The position numbers and the translations under genes are program-made. Below, one piece after another: positions 39,152-51,965 of a DNA stretch of 64,000 bases (positions within the stretch are counted from its first letter, which is position 1; every line of letters starts with the position of its first letter). The notes below the pieces were generated by a model. It saw nothing but the letters and a program-made list of their open reading frames with translations. It was not told the DNA's origin and searched no databases. The DNA comes from Bugula neritina (Eukaryota; Animalia; Bryozoa): contig OZ037768.1 of assembly GCA_964035545.1 (NCBI GenBank), forward strand, positions 15,607,875 to 15,671,874. Direction: 5' to 3'.

Positions 39152-39318
39152 GGTGATGTCCAGTAAAAATGGCACAGGTAAAAATGGCACAAATGGAAAA
39201 TTAGTTGAATTGGCACATTTTCATGATTAGAATTGAAGATTAGGGGTGGAAGTTAGGGGTTCAGTATGTGGGGTTTGGAGGCTTGGGTTTTTTGTTTGGG
39301 AAAATTCAACATCAGTGC
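39152..39318. mobile_element. Second copy of the AATGGCACA-repeat element
   Basis: GGTGATGTCCAGTAAAAATGGCACAGGT is the reverse complement of ~27998-28025. Confidence 0.55.
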
Positions 39319-39955
39319 AATGTTTACAGGTTTTTCTCCTATAATAGTTCATTGAGTGTGGGGAAAGACACCGTGTTTTTGATGGAGATGCCACCACTTC
39401 AGTGTAACTTTAAAAACAATAATGCTGCCATGAAAAGCAATGTTATGATGATTGCACTCCTGCATTTTTAGGTTCAGATTATTTAGTGTAGCAAAGATAT
39501 TCACTAGGAATGTAGTATACAGTTCATAGAGATTGATTTGCCTGGCTGCTAAAAGTTGGCTTGTTGGGTTTTACAAATTTTTTCGATCTACATTCGAAGT
39601 AGCACAGATAGCAGTTAGGGTAAAGTAAGTAATAAACAGATTCATGTAGAAAGAAAGTAAGATTGCAGAAAATGGTTTGGTTAAGTAAATGAACTAAGAT
39701 GAAAGTTTATAGATATACATGTAACTTGCAAAAGCTCAAAAAGCCTTCAACAAACTTTGTGAATTTTTCAATATCCAAATTACCTCCCTAAAAAGTCCAA
39801 ATTCCCCCCTAGTGGGGAAATACCCTCAGGTTGGAAACCACTGCATTAAGTAAAGAGGGTTTCAGTGAGAAAATAAAACCCGATTGCAAATCAAACTAAT
39901 TCAAATAGGTTACTAATGACTACAGTTCACAAACAAATTTTTAAATTTGACTTAC

Positions 39956-40083
39956 AAGGGGTCTGGGATGAGAAGAAGACAACTTTTACTCCTGGGACAG
40001 TTTCAACTCTACTCTGTTCATTTAGCTGCAAGAACTTTGACTTTTCGTTTTGATAGACATGAGAAATCTCTGCTATCAAATAG
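39956..40083 (-). CDS. ADAT1: ADAT1 exon 4
   Basis: TTTAATAG acceptor and GTAAGT donor, 128 nt; YLIAEI...VVFFSSQTP(C) joins exon 5 to give PCGDAS. Confidence 0.92.
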
Positions 40084-40665
40084 CTATTAAAACAATAACA
40101 ACAAAATATCACTACAGCTTTTAACAAAAAATTATGTGCAAGAAAGATATATCAAAAAATATGTTCTAAAACCAGTTAAATGTAACATGTGTCTTGAAAA
40201 GATTCAATCAATATAAAATGGAATTTGCATTATTTTACCAAGCATGATTACAATTCACTAAATGAAAACACTGTTAGGGAAAATTTACGCTCTACAAACA
40301 ATACATGACTTCCAAGGTGTGTTGAATGCAGAAAATATGTTATAAAATAACTGGCAAAAATACATGAGCTAAGGTGGCTGGGCACACTAATACAATATAA
40401 CAAATGATTATTAATGGGTAGATTACCTGTCAAACATTTTTTGTAAATTCTAGGTATTTCATCGACCCATAAATTTTATTTGCAGCCTATTTGCATACTG
40501 CTTGACTGTTATTGCACTAGGGCATGCAATGACTGCTAATAAATCAGACGTTAATATCAATACTGTCGAAATGTCAAGTACAACCAACATCATGCAGTTC
40601 CTACACTTAGGGCGCGGCCTCTCAACCAACCACCTTGCAAGTCAAGTACTACAGTATCCAAATAC

Positions 40666-40705
<40 letters not shown>

Positions 40706-40709
<4 letters not shown>

Positions 40710-42125
40710 CATATCAACGTCAACATATGGAAGAATTCCTACTCAGTAATACACTGGTTTGAAAACATCAAGAACAAAAGCAGTAAGTCATTTATTACTT
40801 TTGACATATGCAATTTCTACCCATCAATGACCGAAGACCTCCTTTACAAAGCCCTTTCCTTTGCGTCGCACTTTATCAACATACCAACTGAACACCAGGA
40901 AATAATTTTACACTCCAATGGTGAACAATGGACAAAAAACACGACAGTAATTTTGATGTCACTATGGGAAGCTATGACGGCGCCGAGACCTGCCAACTAA
41001 TTGGAATATACCTACTTAATCTATTAACTACTGAAATGAACACAGAATACAATTTAGGCTTATATAGAGATGATGGACTCATAGTTTGTGAGGGAACACC
41101 CAGACATATAGAACAGAACAAAAAACAAATTTGCAACTTGTTTAGAAAATTTAATCTCTCAATTACAATAGAAGCCAATAAGAAAGTTGTAAACTTCCTA
41201 GATGTAACATTTAACCTAACTAATCAATCCTACAAACCCTATACAAAACCTGGAAACACCATCCTCTATGTTCACAAGCAAAGCGACCATCCACCTGCAG
41301 TATTGAAAAACCTGCCAGAAAATATAAATCAAAGACTCAGCTCACTATCCTCCAATGAGGAGGAGTTTAAAACCACCATACAACCATACCAAGAAGCACT
41401 ATCAAACAGCGGATATGACTATAAATTAAAATATAACCCGACACCTAAATCCAACAGCAATAATAAAAATAGAAATAGAAACATATCATGGTACAACCCA
41501 CCTTTTAGTTCAACAGTAGAAACTAAAATAGGGAAGAAATTTCTCCAAATCATCGACAAATGCTTTCCACCATCCAACCAACTAAGAAAAATTTTAATAG
41601 GAAAACCATAAAAATTAGTTATTCATGCATGCCCAACATGAAAAATATCATTGATGGCTCGAACCAACACAAACTTAAAACCACAGACATCCCTACTACA
41701 GCTACTAAACTAAATGACACACAATGTAACTGCAAACAACCTTCCCACTGTCCACTAAATGGTGAATGCTTATACAAAAACGTAATATACCAAGCAACTG
41801 TGACAAGACAGGACAATAATTCCAATCATTCATACATAAGACTCTGTTCGACTACCTTCAAAACCAGATTCAATAACCATAAAGCCTCTTTCCTACATGC
41901 AGATAAAGCCAACAGCACACAACTCAGCAGACACATCTGGAATTTAAAAGACAACAACACGAAATTCAGCTTAAAATAGAATATTTTAAAAATTTGCAAA
42001 TCTTACTCAAACCTAACCAACAGATGTAACTTATGCAGCTATGAGAAATATATAATTTTAAAACAACCGGAATTATCCTCCCTCAACAAACGAAAAGAGC
42101 TCTCAACCACGTGCAGACACGCACA
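40706..42125 (+). mobile_element. Penelope-like element 1 (truncated RT + GIY-YIG endonuclease)
   Basis: FDICNFYPS, MGSYDGAE, YRDD, FLDV, WYNPP, CNC..CPLNGEC, VIYQA..YIR, CNLC..EK..CRH; frameshifts; begins at (TA)n. Confidence 0.92.
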
Positions 42126-42314
42126 TATAGAATATTAAGTGCATATGACAATGACCTGTGCTTTGATGTTGGGGAATCCCCTTCCGCCTTTTCTGTTATG
42201 TGTAGTTAAAACCAGCACATAAAAATAGCATGCATAGTAAATTTCAATTGATTTTGAGCAAACTTTAATGTTAGGTCATAAGTTGCTGGTGTGTACTAAA
42301 TGAAGTAAACTGAC

Positions 42315-43860
42315 TATATATTTGACGTAACAATGGGGGGGTACGACGACGCTGAAACATGTGAGCTAGTTGGGGCGTACATATTAAACCTAATAACAAA
42401 AAACCATGGCAAAAACTTTGGCCTGTACAGAGATGATGGCTTAGGAGTCTCCGACAAAACACCAAAAGAGATAGAGAACATAAAAAAGGATGTCTGCAAA
42501 ATATTTTCTGAAAATGGATTAAAAATAACAATCGAAGCAAATAAAAAAATTAATAACTTCTTAGACATTACGCTCAACCTAAACAACAAAACCTACACAC
42601 CATACACTAAGCCAAACAGTTCTACTAAATATATTCATAGCAAATCCAATCACCCACCAAGCATAATCTCCAACCTACCCTTGTCTGTTAACAAACGACT
42701 GTCATCAATATCATCTTATAATGAGAAAATTTTCACACAATCCACCTACAACCACCAAAACTTCCTAAACCAAAGTGGCTACAAACACCAACTACAATTC
42801 CTACCAAGAACACAAACAGACAACACACAACAGAAATCCCGAAACCGAAAAAGAAAAGTTGCTTGGTACAATCCACCATACAGCCAACATGTAACCACAA
42901 AAATTGCAAAAAACTTCTTTAAAATCATGATTGAGGAATTTCCGAAACAACACCCACTCTATAAAATAATCAACAAAAACAATATAAAAGTTAGCTACAG
43001 CTGCATGCCAAACATAATTACAGACCATAAATGCCCGCAATAACAGAATTTTAGAGAAACAGAAGCAACAAAACAAAACCCCCAGAAAAAACTGCAACTG
43101 CAGAAAAAAAGAAAGTTGTCCACCGAAAGGAAACTGTCAGGAGAGCAGAGTAATATACCAAGCAACTGTAGAAACTACCGAAAACGAACCTGCAACATAC
43201 ATTGGCCTAAGTGAAGGACTGTTCAAACTAAGATACGCAAACCACAAATCATCATTCAAAAACAAGAAAAAAGCAAGTCAAACAGAACTTAGCAAATATA
43301 TTTGGCAACTAACTAGCAAAAACATTAAACATAATTTAAGTTGGAAAATATTAAGGAAAGCGAAACCATACAACACAATTACCAAAAGGTGTAATTTATG
43401 CCTATGGGAATGTTTCTTTATTTTATACAAACCCAACAGGTGTACTTTAAACAAGCGAAACGAACTTTTATCAACCTGCCGACACTCAAAAAAATTCTTA
43501 CTGTGCAACCACAAAACCTAGAAACCCTGTAGCCTATTTATATTTTATGTATTATAGTAAATAATATCCAAATACCTATAAAGTATAATCACCCAACAAC
43601 AACTTCATGCATCTGCTATAAATTGTGTTTTTACATTGTGTGTTTATTTTTTATATATTTAATTGCACTTACAAACCTATATAACAACAGGGCCACTGCT
43701 ATGTTTGCGTTACGTTCTACGTTATGTTTAGCATGTTGATTTTCTTAATGTAAAAATTCAAATCCACCAATATTGTGCCTGAGGAGTGCCGAAGAGGCAT
43801 CAAACTATTAGTAGCGCAATAAAACATCTATATAATTAAATTGCTCTTTTTCTTCAATAA
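42315..43860 (+). mobile_element. Penelope-like element 2 (RT C-terminal half + GIY-YIG + pLTR with hammerhead)
   Basis: YRDD, WYNPP, VIYQATV..TYIGL, CNLCLWE..CRH, stop ~43521; 3' UTR hammerhead; ends at (TA)n. Confidence 0.92.
43772..43820 (+). ncRNA. Hammerhead ribozyme motif, family 2 (core-mutated copy)
   Basis: ATTGTGC-CTGAGGA-GTGCC(gaaga)GGCAT-cAAA-CTATTAGTAG-CG-CAAT; GAAA changed to CAAA and the cleavage triplet altered. Confidence 0.7.
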
Positions 43861-43926
43861 TATATATATATATATATATTTTTTTTTTTGAGAAAAAGAG
43901 CAATTGAATTATATAGATGTTGTTCT

Positions 43927-43975
43927 ATTGTACTACTAATAGTTTCATGCCTCTTCGGCACTCCTCAGGCACAAT
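43927..43975 (-). ncRNA. Hammerhead ribozyme motif, family 2 (canonical core), in an inverted pLTR copy
   Basis: Minus strand ATTGTGC-CTGAGGA-GTGCC(gaaga)GGCAT-GAAA-CTA(ttag)TAG-TA-CAAT. Confidence 0.8.
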
Positions 43976-44054
43976 ATTGACGAATTTGAATTTTTACATT
44001 AAGAAAATCAAAATGCTAAACAACATACAATTATGAACGATACAATTATTATAT

Positions 44055-44181
<127 letters not shown>

Positions 44182-44234
44182 TATATAACATACGTATACA
44201 TGTATATACATACATGTATACACGTATACACACA

Positions 44235-46221
44235 CACACGCACACGCACACGCACACGCACACGCACACGCACACGCACACGCACACGCACACGCACACG
44301 CACACGCACACGCACACGCACACGCACACGCACACGCACACGCACACGCACACGCACACGCACACGCACACGCACACGCACACGCACACGCACACGCACA
44401 CGCACACGCACACGCACACGCACACGCACACGCACACGCACACGCACACGCACACGCACACGCACACGCACACGCACACGCACACGCACACGCACACGCA
44501 CACGCACACGCACACGCACACGCACACGCACACGCACACGCACACGCACACGCACACGCACACGCACACGCACACGCACACGCACACGCACACGCACACG
44601 CACACGCACACGCACACGCACACGCACACGCACACGCACACGCACACGCACACGCACACGCACACGCACACGCACACGCACACGCACACGCACACGCACA
44701 CGCACACGCACACGCACACGCACACGCACACGCACACGCACACGCACACGCACACGCACACGCACACGCACACGCACACGCACACGCACACGCACACGCA
44801 CACGCACACGCACACGCACACGCACACGCACACGCACACGCACACGCACACGCACACGCACACGCACACGCACACGCACACGCACACGCACACGCACACG
44901 CACACGCACACGCACACGCACACGCACACGCACACGCACACGCACACGCACACGCACACGCACACGCACACGCACACGCACACGCACACGCACACGCACA
45001 CGCACACGCACACGCACACGCACACGCACACGCACACGCACACGCACACGCACACGCACACGCACACGCACACGCACACGCACACGCACACGCACACGCA
45101 CACGCACACGCACACGCACACGCACACGCACACGCACACGCACACGCACACGCACACGCACACGCACACGCACACGCACACGCACACGCACACGCACACG
45201 CACACGCACACGCACACGCACACGCACACGCACACGCACACGCACACGCACACGCACACGCACACGCACACGCACACGCACACGCACACGCACACGCACA
45301 CGCACACGCACACGCACACGCACACGCACACGCACACGCACACGCACACGCACACGCACACGCACACGCACACGCACACGCACACGCACACGCACACGCA
45401 CACGCACACGCACACGCACACGCACACGCACACGCACACGCACACGCACACGCACACGCACACGCACACGCACACGCACACGCACACGCACACGCACACG
45501 CACACGCACACGCACACGCACACGCACACGCACACGCACACGCACACGCACACGCACACGCACACGCACACGCACACGCACACGCACACGCACACGCACA
45601 CGCACACGCACACGCACACGCACACGCACACGCACACGCACACGCACACGCACACGCACACGCACACGCACACGCACACGCACACGCACACGCACACGCA
45701 CACGCACACGCACACGCACACGCACACGCACACGCACACGCACACGCACACGCACACGCACACGCACACGCACACGCACACGCACACGCACACGCACACG
45801 CACACGCACACGCACACGCACACGCACACGCACACGCACACGCACACGCACACGCACACGCACACGCACACGCACACGCACACGCACACGCACACGCACA
45901 CGCACACGCACACGCACACGCACACGCACACGCACACGCACACGCACACGCACACGCACACGCACACGCACACGCACACGCACACGCACACGCACACGCA
46001 CACGCACACGCACACGCACACGCACACGCACACGCACACGCACACGCACACGCACACGCACACGCACACGCACACGCACACGCACACGCACACGCACACG
46101 CACACGCACACGCACACGCACACGCACACGCACACGCACACGCACACGCACACGCACACGCACACGCACACGCACACGCACACGCACACGCACACGCACA
46201 CGCACACGCACACGCACACGC

Positions 46222-46226
<5 letters not shown>
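44235..46226. repeat. Perfect (CACACG)332 hexanucleotide array
   Basis: 1992 bp with no visible interruption; flanked by (TA)n and (CA)n. Confidence 0.97.
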
Positions 46227-46257
<31 letters not shown>

Positions 46258-46297
46258 GTATATGTGTGTGTGTATATATGGATTTAAAATTATTTAC

Positions 46298-46352
46298 CCT
46301 TGGAATGCACGTCTTGCTAGTATTTCAGCATGACTGTCATGAACTCGATTTC
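46298..46352 (-). CDS. ADAT1: ADAT1 exon 3 (catalytic HAE motif)
   Basis: TTTCAG acceptor and GTAAAT donor, 55 nt; GNRVHDSHAEILARRAFQ. Confidence 0.93.
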
Positions 46353-47429
46353 CTGAAATAAAATACATTTGATAGAACAGTTTCTAGTTTTACAAACAGA
46401 AATCACATCTATAATTCAATCTGTTAAAAATCTAGCACAAATATAGCTTGAATAACCAAAAACTAGTATACATAACTAAAACCTATCCATCAAAAGTAAT
46501 GCTTTTTGTATATTATTCTTTAATGCAACAAAGCTCTGCACAGTTAAAGCATATGTAAACCAAAGTTCCAACAACAGTGGAATGATACTTGATTTTTAAT
46601 GACAGCTCACTCATTAGATTAGGTTAAGAGCTTCAAAAAATGGTAAAATGCTTTTAGTTCAGAATTTCACAATAAATTTTATACCTGAACGACTATTTTT
46701 GATTCCTGAAATATTTACAAAACACACCAGTATAGAAAACACTACATATAAAACATTCCTAAAAACACATTTGTGTTTTGCAGTCACAATCCATGTGAAA
46801 ACTTTTGGAAGTAAAGCAATTAGTGAACAGCTGTCGCTCATGTAAAACTGCCAATATATCATGGTTTAAACTAGTATGTGGGTAAAACAGAGAAAAGGCA
46901 GTCAAATAATTGAGAGGTCCACCTTCAAACCGAAAGCTAACAAGATCATGCAGTAGTTTTAAGTTGGTGGCATATGTCAACTTCCTAGATGCGCAACTCA
47001 ACCTCTTTACTGGTTAACACTCTCCATATAATAAATCTCACAATATACCTAAATATGCCCATGTAAAATTCAACCACCCACCTTCTATACTGCATAACAT
47101 CCCAGAACCTATAAATAGCCGCTGGTGACAGATGCCACCAGCTTCAGTGATTATGCCCCTATATACCAGGAAGCAATTGATAAAAGTGGGTACAAACTAC
47201 AAACACAAACTACAATTTTGCAAAGTGGAAAAAAGCACCAGCAAAAAAATAGACGGAAGCCAACAATCTAGTTCAACTTGCATACAGCCAAAATGTAATC
47301 ACCAACATGGCAAGGAGTTTTTAAAGATCATAGTGAAGAATTCCTATCTTACTACCAGCTAAGGAATATATTTAACCCAAACTCATTAAAGCTTTAGCTA
47401 TAGCTATGGAGTGCCAAATAGTCAAAAAT

Positions 47430-47795
47430 TGTATCTCGTACTCTTATAATAAAGTATCTAGCAATTATTCTCATATGCTCACAAAACGCTTTCATAGGTC
47501 TGTAATTTGCTCTTATACCCTTATTATTCATGCTCTTAGGTCTATTATTCGGTCTCATACTGTTACTATTCATTCCCATACCCTCACTTCTCTTTTTTTA
47601 TGCTCATTATTCAATCCCATACCACCATTTTGTACTCTCATATCCCTATTATTGGCTCTGTTATAGTCATTATTCATTTTCCTATGCTTATTATTCGCTC
47701 TCATACCCCTATTACAGTACTTGCTCTTGCGCCCGCATTATTAACTGCCATACCTCTATTATTCGCTATCATATTTCTATTCTGACTCGCTAGTA
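47430..47795. repeat. Degenerate ~21-nt minisatellite (CCCTATTATTCGCTCTCATAC-like)
   Basis: Recurring TATTATTC and CTCATA(C/T)CC units. Confidence 0.6.
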
Positions 47796-47959
47796 TTCGT
47801 GTACACATCACAATATTTGAGTATATGCCAGTCTACCCAGTTTACATGAATAAGCTCCGCCCCATTTATCAAATTTAATTGGATAACTGCAATGACACCA
47901 AGAGTAATAATAAAGAATGATGGGTGCGTGCCTAGTGTTTAGTTAGACATTTTTCACTC

Positions 47960-48932
47960 TTCACTTCTGGAAGCCGACACTGGAGCTGAAGACAACTTTC
48001 CCTCATTAGAAAATTAGAGAAAGCTAGGATCATCAACTTTCTGATCACTAAAGATACACTATCAATCAGCTCCTCATGACAAAATTGACATCTTGGGTGT
48101 CTGCGAACTCAGCACTGAACTAGGAGATCAGCAGACAAAACTTCATTTCATCATCAGCAAAATACCTAACCTCAACCTATTTGGCAGAGATGGAATTCGA
48201 CAGCTTAGAGTTTCAGTTGATTCTCTGATGCAGAGCAGAGACAGAGACAACAAAGTTGACATTCATTTTGGTCAAACCAAACTAAAAGGAAGCATGCCAA
48301 AAACTTACTTTAGAGTTCACCAAAATTTTCAAACCGGAACTAGGTTGTCTCAATGACTTTGAACTGGAAACAAAATCCAAGAAGGGCTCTAAGCCTACTT
48401 TTACAAATACAGGTCAGTGCCATGTGCCATTCAAGAAGACTTGGCTCAAGCATATAATGCATGAATTGCTAAATGAATATATATGAGCCAGTAGTGCTTA
48501 TCCGGAAAGTGCAGCACCTTGACAGCAAAAGTAAAAACTTTGAGTGTGTGGAGACTATTCCGTCACTGCCAACCAACATAATGAGTCAATCCACTTGCCT
48601 GAAGATCTGGTGAGAAAACCAGGAGGGGGTTATGGTTTCTCAAGGATTTACTTAGCAGATGCCTACAACCCGCTTCTTTTTGTCCAAGAAAACTAGAAAA
48701 AGTTGGCCCGCTGCGAGTTGTTCTGGAATGACCATACAATCTGCGTGTTCTGGTTGAACAGCCATGTTAAATCACTTGAGCTCTCTTTCAAATCCCTATT
48801 GCTTAGTGGAAAGACGTGTAGTTTGCTAAATTATCATTTTGCCTTATCTCATAGAATAGTTATATTATTATATTTATATTAGTCTCTAAATAATTAGTAT
48901 TGTCTGTAAGTAGTTGTTTTGTTGCATATATA

Positions 48933-49009
<77 letters not shown>

Positions 49010-50576
49010 ATTTATATATATATATATATATATATAGTTTTCTAGTTATTCTTAGTTTTTAATCTATTTTTAGTTTCATATTACTTACACAACTAAAACA
49101 GCTGTTGTGCAGTGACATGGTGCTTGCACACTATGACCCTTTACAAAACATTGGTATATCTTGCAATGCATCAGGAGTTGGACTCGGGATAGTGCTGTTT
49201 TATCGATAGAAATTGTACAGAACGACCTATTGCCCATGCCAGCAAGACTTTAATAATAACTCGGTAACGTTACAACCAAATATAGAAAGAGGCTCTCTCA
49301 ATAACCTTTGCCATCACCAAGGTTCTTCAGTTTCTCTATAGAAGAAATTTCCTCTTGGTTACAGATCACAAACCACTACTCGCACTAGTTGGACCAAACA
49401 AGCCAAACCCAACTGCGGCAGGCCAACAGACTGGCCAGTTGAGTCCTCACTTTCAACCAGCACCAATACACAGAAGGTCAGAACATGCTGATGCGGACTA
49501 AGTTAGTCGACTGCCAATTGGACCTGACACAAATTTTGACAGTAAGGAAGAAGGAGGTGATATTGACGCTGTTTTAAGCATCAAGACCCACCGATCCTGG
49601 GGGTCTAAAAAATAAATAGCTAAGGACCCAGTACTAAGCATAGTGATGAGATATATATTGTTGTAGTTTTGTACAATACTAGAGTGGAGTATTATTGTAT
49701 ACACAAATTACTGCTGCATATCTTTTACGAGGTTTGAGAGAGAACCGAATTAGATAGCGTTTATCAAAGAGATATATTTATGTCTAATTATATACAAGTA
49801 AAGTATCAGCCATTGCAAAAGAATACACATATAGAATAGCTACACAATATTATCTTAGTCTACATGACAGTTATCCTCTGACTGAGGCTGGACGCCAGAA
49901 GGCGCTGTTTTTATCTGAAGGGTTAGTCCTGATTGGCCGGTGGGGGTTCTGGCGGTGCCAACCGTAACGAATGGCGCAGTGCTGCATGAGATTGCGGCAT
50001 CGCTAACGGAGTTATCGTCTCTTAGAACTTTTATAATATAATATAATATCACACCTTTTGTTGCAGGTATTTAATACATGAAGGTTGGGGGTATACTTCT
50101 CACAGCCACACCAATATCATAGAAGGATGGCAAAATAATGACAACAAATGTCCCAAGGATGTCATTACAGGCAGCTACACTGTCACCGACTTTAGGAAAT
50201 CAACATAATCACTGTCAACAGAAAGCGAATGCTTGCTATACTGAACCCTCTTTTTACAAAAACCTTGAGGTGATAAGTACATCAGATGACACTGTTATCA
50301 CCCACGATGACAATCCACAGCACAATCTTGCACCTATACCTGTAGCCTTACCAAATGATAATGAGTACGATCATGACAACCCTAGAAAATCAGTTTAACT
50401 CCAGAGCAAGCTAAAACACTGACATCCTAGAGAACTTTAAGCTATTTGAAGGTGTTGGGGAAATTCTACAAACAATGCAAGCTTCTGTTGCATTACGCTA
50501 ATCTCTAAACAAGCAGACACTTAGTCAGTCTTTCATTCACTCTTTGGTGGTCGATACATATATTGAAACACAACAA
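47960..50576 (+). mobile_element. Highly decayed Gypsy element E with secondary insertions
   Basis: EADTGA, NLFGRD, VCGDYSVT, FSRIYLADAY, VLAHYDP and VTDHKPL remnants; possible 3' LTR TGTTG...CAACA at 50454-50576; LTR-like insert at ~49659-50053. Confidence 0.7.
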
Positions 50577-50783
50577 AAACACTAACAGAAAAACTAAAAT
50601 ATGCTGTTCTTAAGTTATGATCTGGCATTCGGCATCTACTATCTGTCTCTTGTTTTTTTACAATATTAATTGCCAACAGAACAACAAATCATTTTTGCGA
50701 TACTTTAAATTTTTCAACCAAATGGATTGAAATTTAGTGCCATACTTTGAAACAAAACTAATTAGCAAGTATTAATAAGCTAC

Positions 50784-50861
50784 CATTTTTGTCAAGAAAA
50801 GACTTTCCCAAACACCTGGTCCCAGTAGCACAGCTCACAACTTCTATATTTTGGTGGGCAT
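50784..50861 (-). CDS. ADAT1: ADAT1 exon 2
   Basis: TTTTTATAG acceptor and GTAGCT donor, 78 nt, phase 1/1; EVVSCATGTRCLG corresponds to the VV.MGTGTKC motif. Confidence 0.9.
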
Positions 50862-51811
50862 CTATAAAAAATTAGATAGATAACATTTTTAAGCAAAGTA
50901 TATATTATGTTTGCATTCAATTTCAAATAAAGACAATGATTGAGAAAACAGATAGTGCAAAAATGTGAACAAAACTAATTATATGCATGTAAAGAATCTT
51001 GCTCAAGCCAGAAAATCAGAGAACAGTCATTTATTCCTTGATGTTTAAAAATTGCCTTGCTGAGCAATTAAATGTGTTTCCAGTTTATTAGCCTCCAGCA
51101 CCGCTGTCAGCACAAGATTATGAAAATTTATTCATCCAGTTAAAAAACACAACTTTCTCAAAAATCTAAATGTCATCAATAGATTATACATACAAGTACA
51201 AAACTATTCAAACGTAGTTAAGTTTAGAATAGAAAAAACTATTTAATGATGCATTTATAATGATCTGAAAAGCCACTTATCTTTAATTATATTTTAACTT
51301 AGTAATCCTTTTTTATCTGCTGCAATTCACTTGTCGAGTTTGTAATTACCAGAATAAAGTAATTATTATAATATATTTTATATAAACACACACAAGAAAC
51401 TATCTCTAGGGAATTAAAAATCAAACAAACCAACTGGCTTTTAGCAAGACTCTTCGTAAAAAACAAAAATTTCAAAACGAAACTCCGGTAGCTAATCTTA
51501 AACAAAATTGAAAAAATCAGTGTGACACAACAACAGCAACAAAACTAAATTAATGAAAACTTTCTATAAAAAAGACATGTCATAAATATTATTGCAATTT
51601 AATAAACTTGTTTTTATTTTCTTAGCCAACACAACCAGCAATGTTTTTTGTTGTTTTTATTTTGGAGTTGTCTACGTTCACTTCAGATCTGTATGCTGCA
51701 TGAAAATTCATAGCTACTACAACTTACGGAAATGCATTCGAAAATAAAAAAGCTAAAGAAAAATTGTCACATATTACTGACATGGAGCATACGCATAAAA
51801 TAGAGACTAAC

Positions 51812-51965
51812 CAACAACAACAAAACTAGCTAATGTGGTCCATTCTTCAGGTCTAGGCTTCCCTTTATTTGGTAGCCGTTTATAATGGTCTAATACCTTT
51901 TGCACTATGATTTGGGACAATTTAGTGTCATCAATATTCTCTGGAAAGGATCTCGACAATGACAT
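51812..51965 (-). CDS. ADAT1: ADAT1 first coding exon
   Basis: ATG at 51965; YKRLPNKGKPRPEEWTTLASFV, the ADAT1 N-terminal signature; donor GTTAGT phase 1. The start could extend upstream through a possible acceptor at ~51980. Confidence 0.88.

Larger units (their letters stand above)
27001..39843 (-). mobile_element. hAT (Buster/Charlie-type) DNA transposon, host of the nested cluster
   Basis: TIRs CAGTGGTTACCAACC / GGTTGGAAACCACTG; 8-bp TSD CATTAAGT (NNNTANNN) at 26993-27000 and 39844-39851; transposase remnants AFIELVNNSAMKDD and TTYLCEVGFS. Confidence 0.9.

Noticed and set aside
40500-40668. Possible additional degenerate hammerhead/pLTR (CTGTC-GAAA-TGTC-AAG) before (TA)n
   Set aside because: No recognisable CUGANGA core; too degenerate to call
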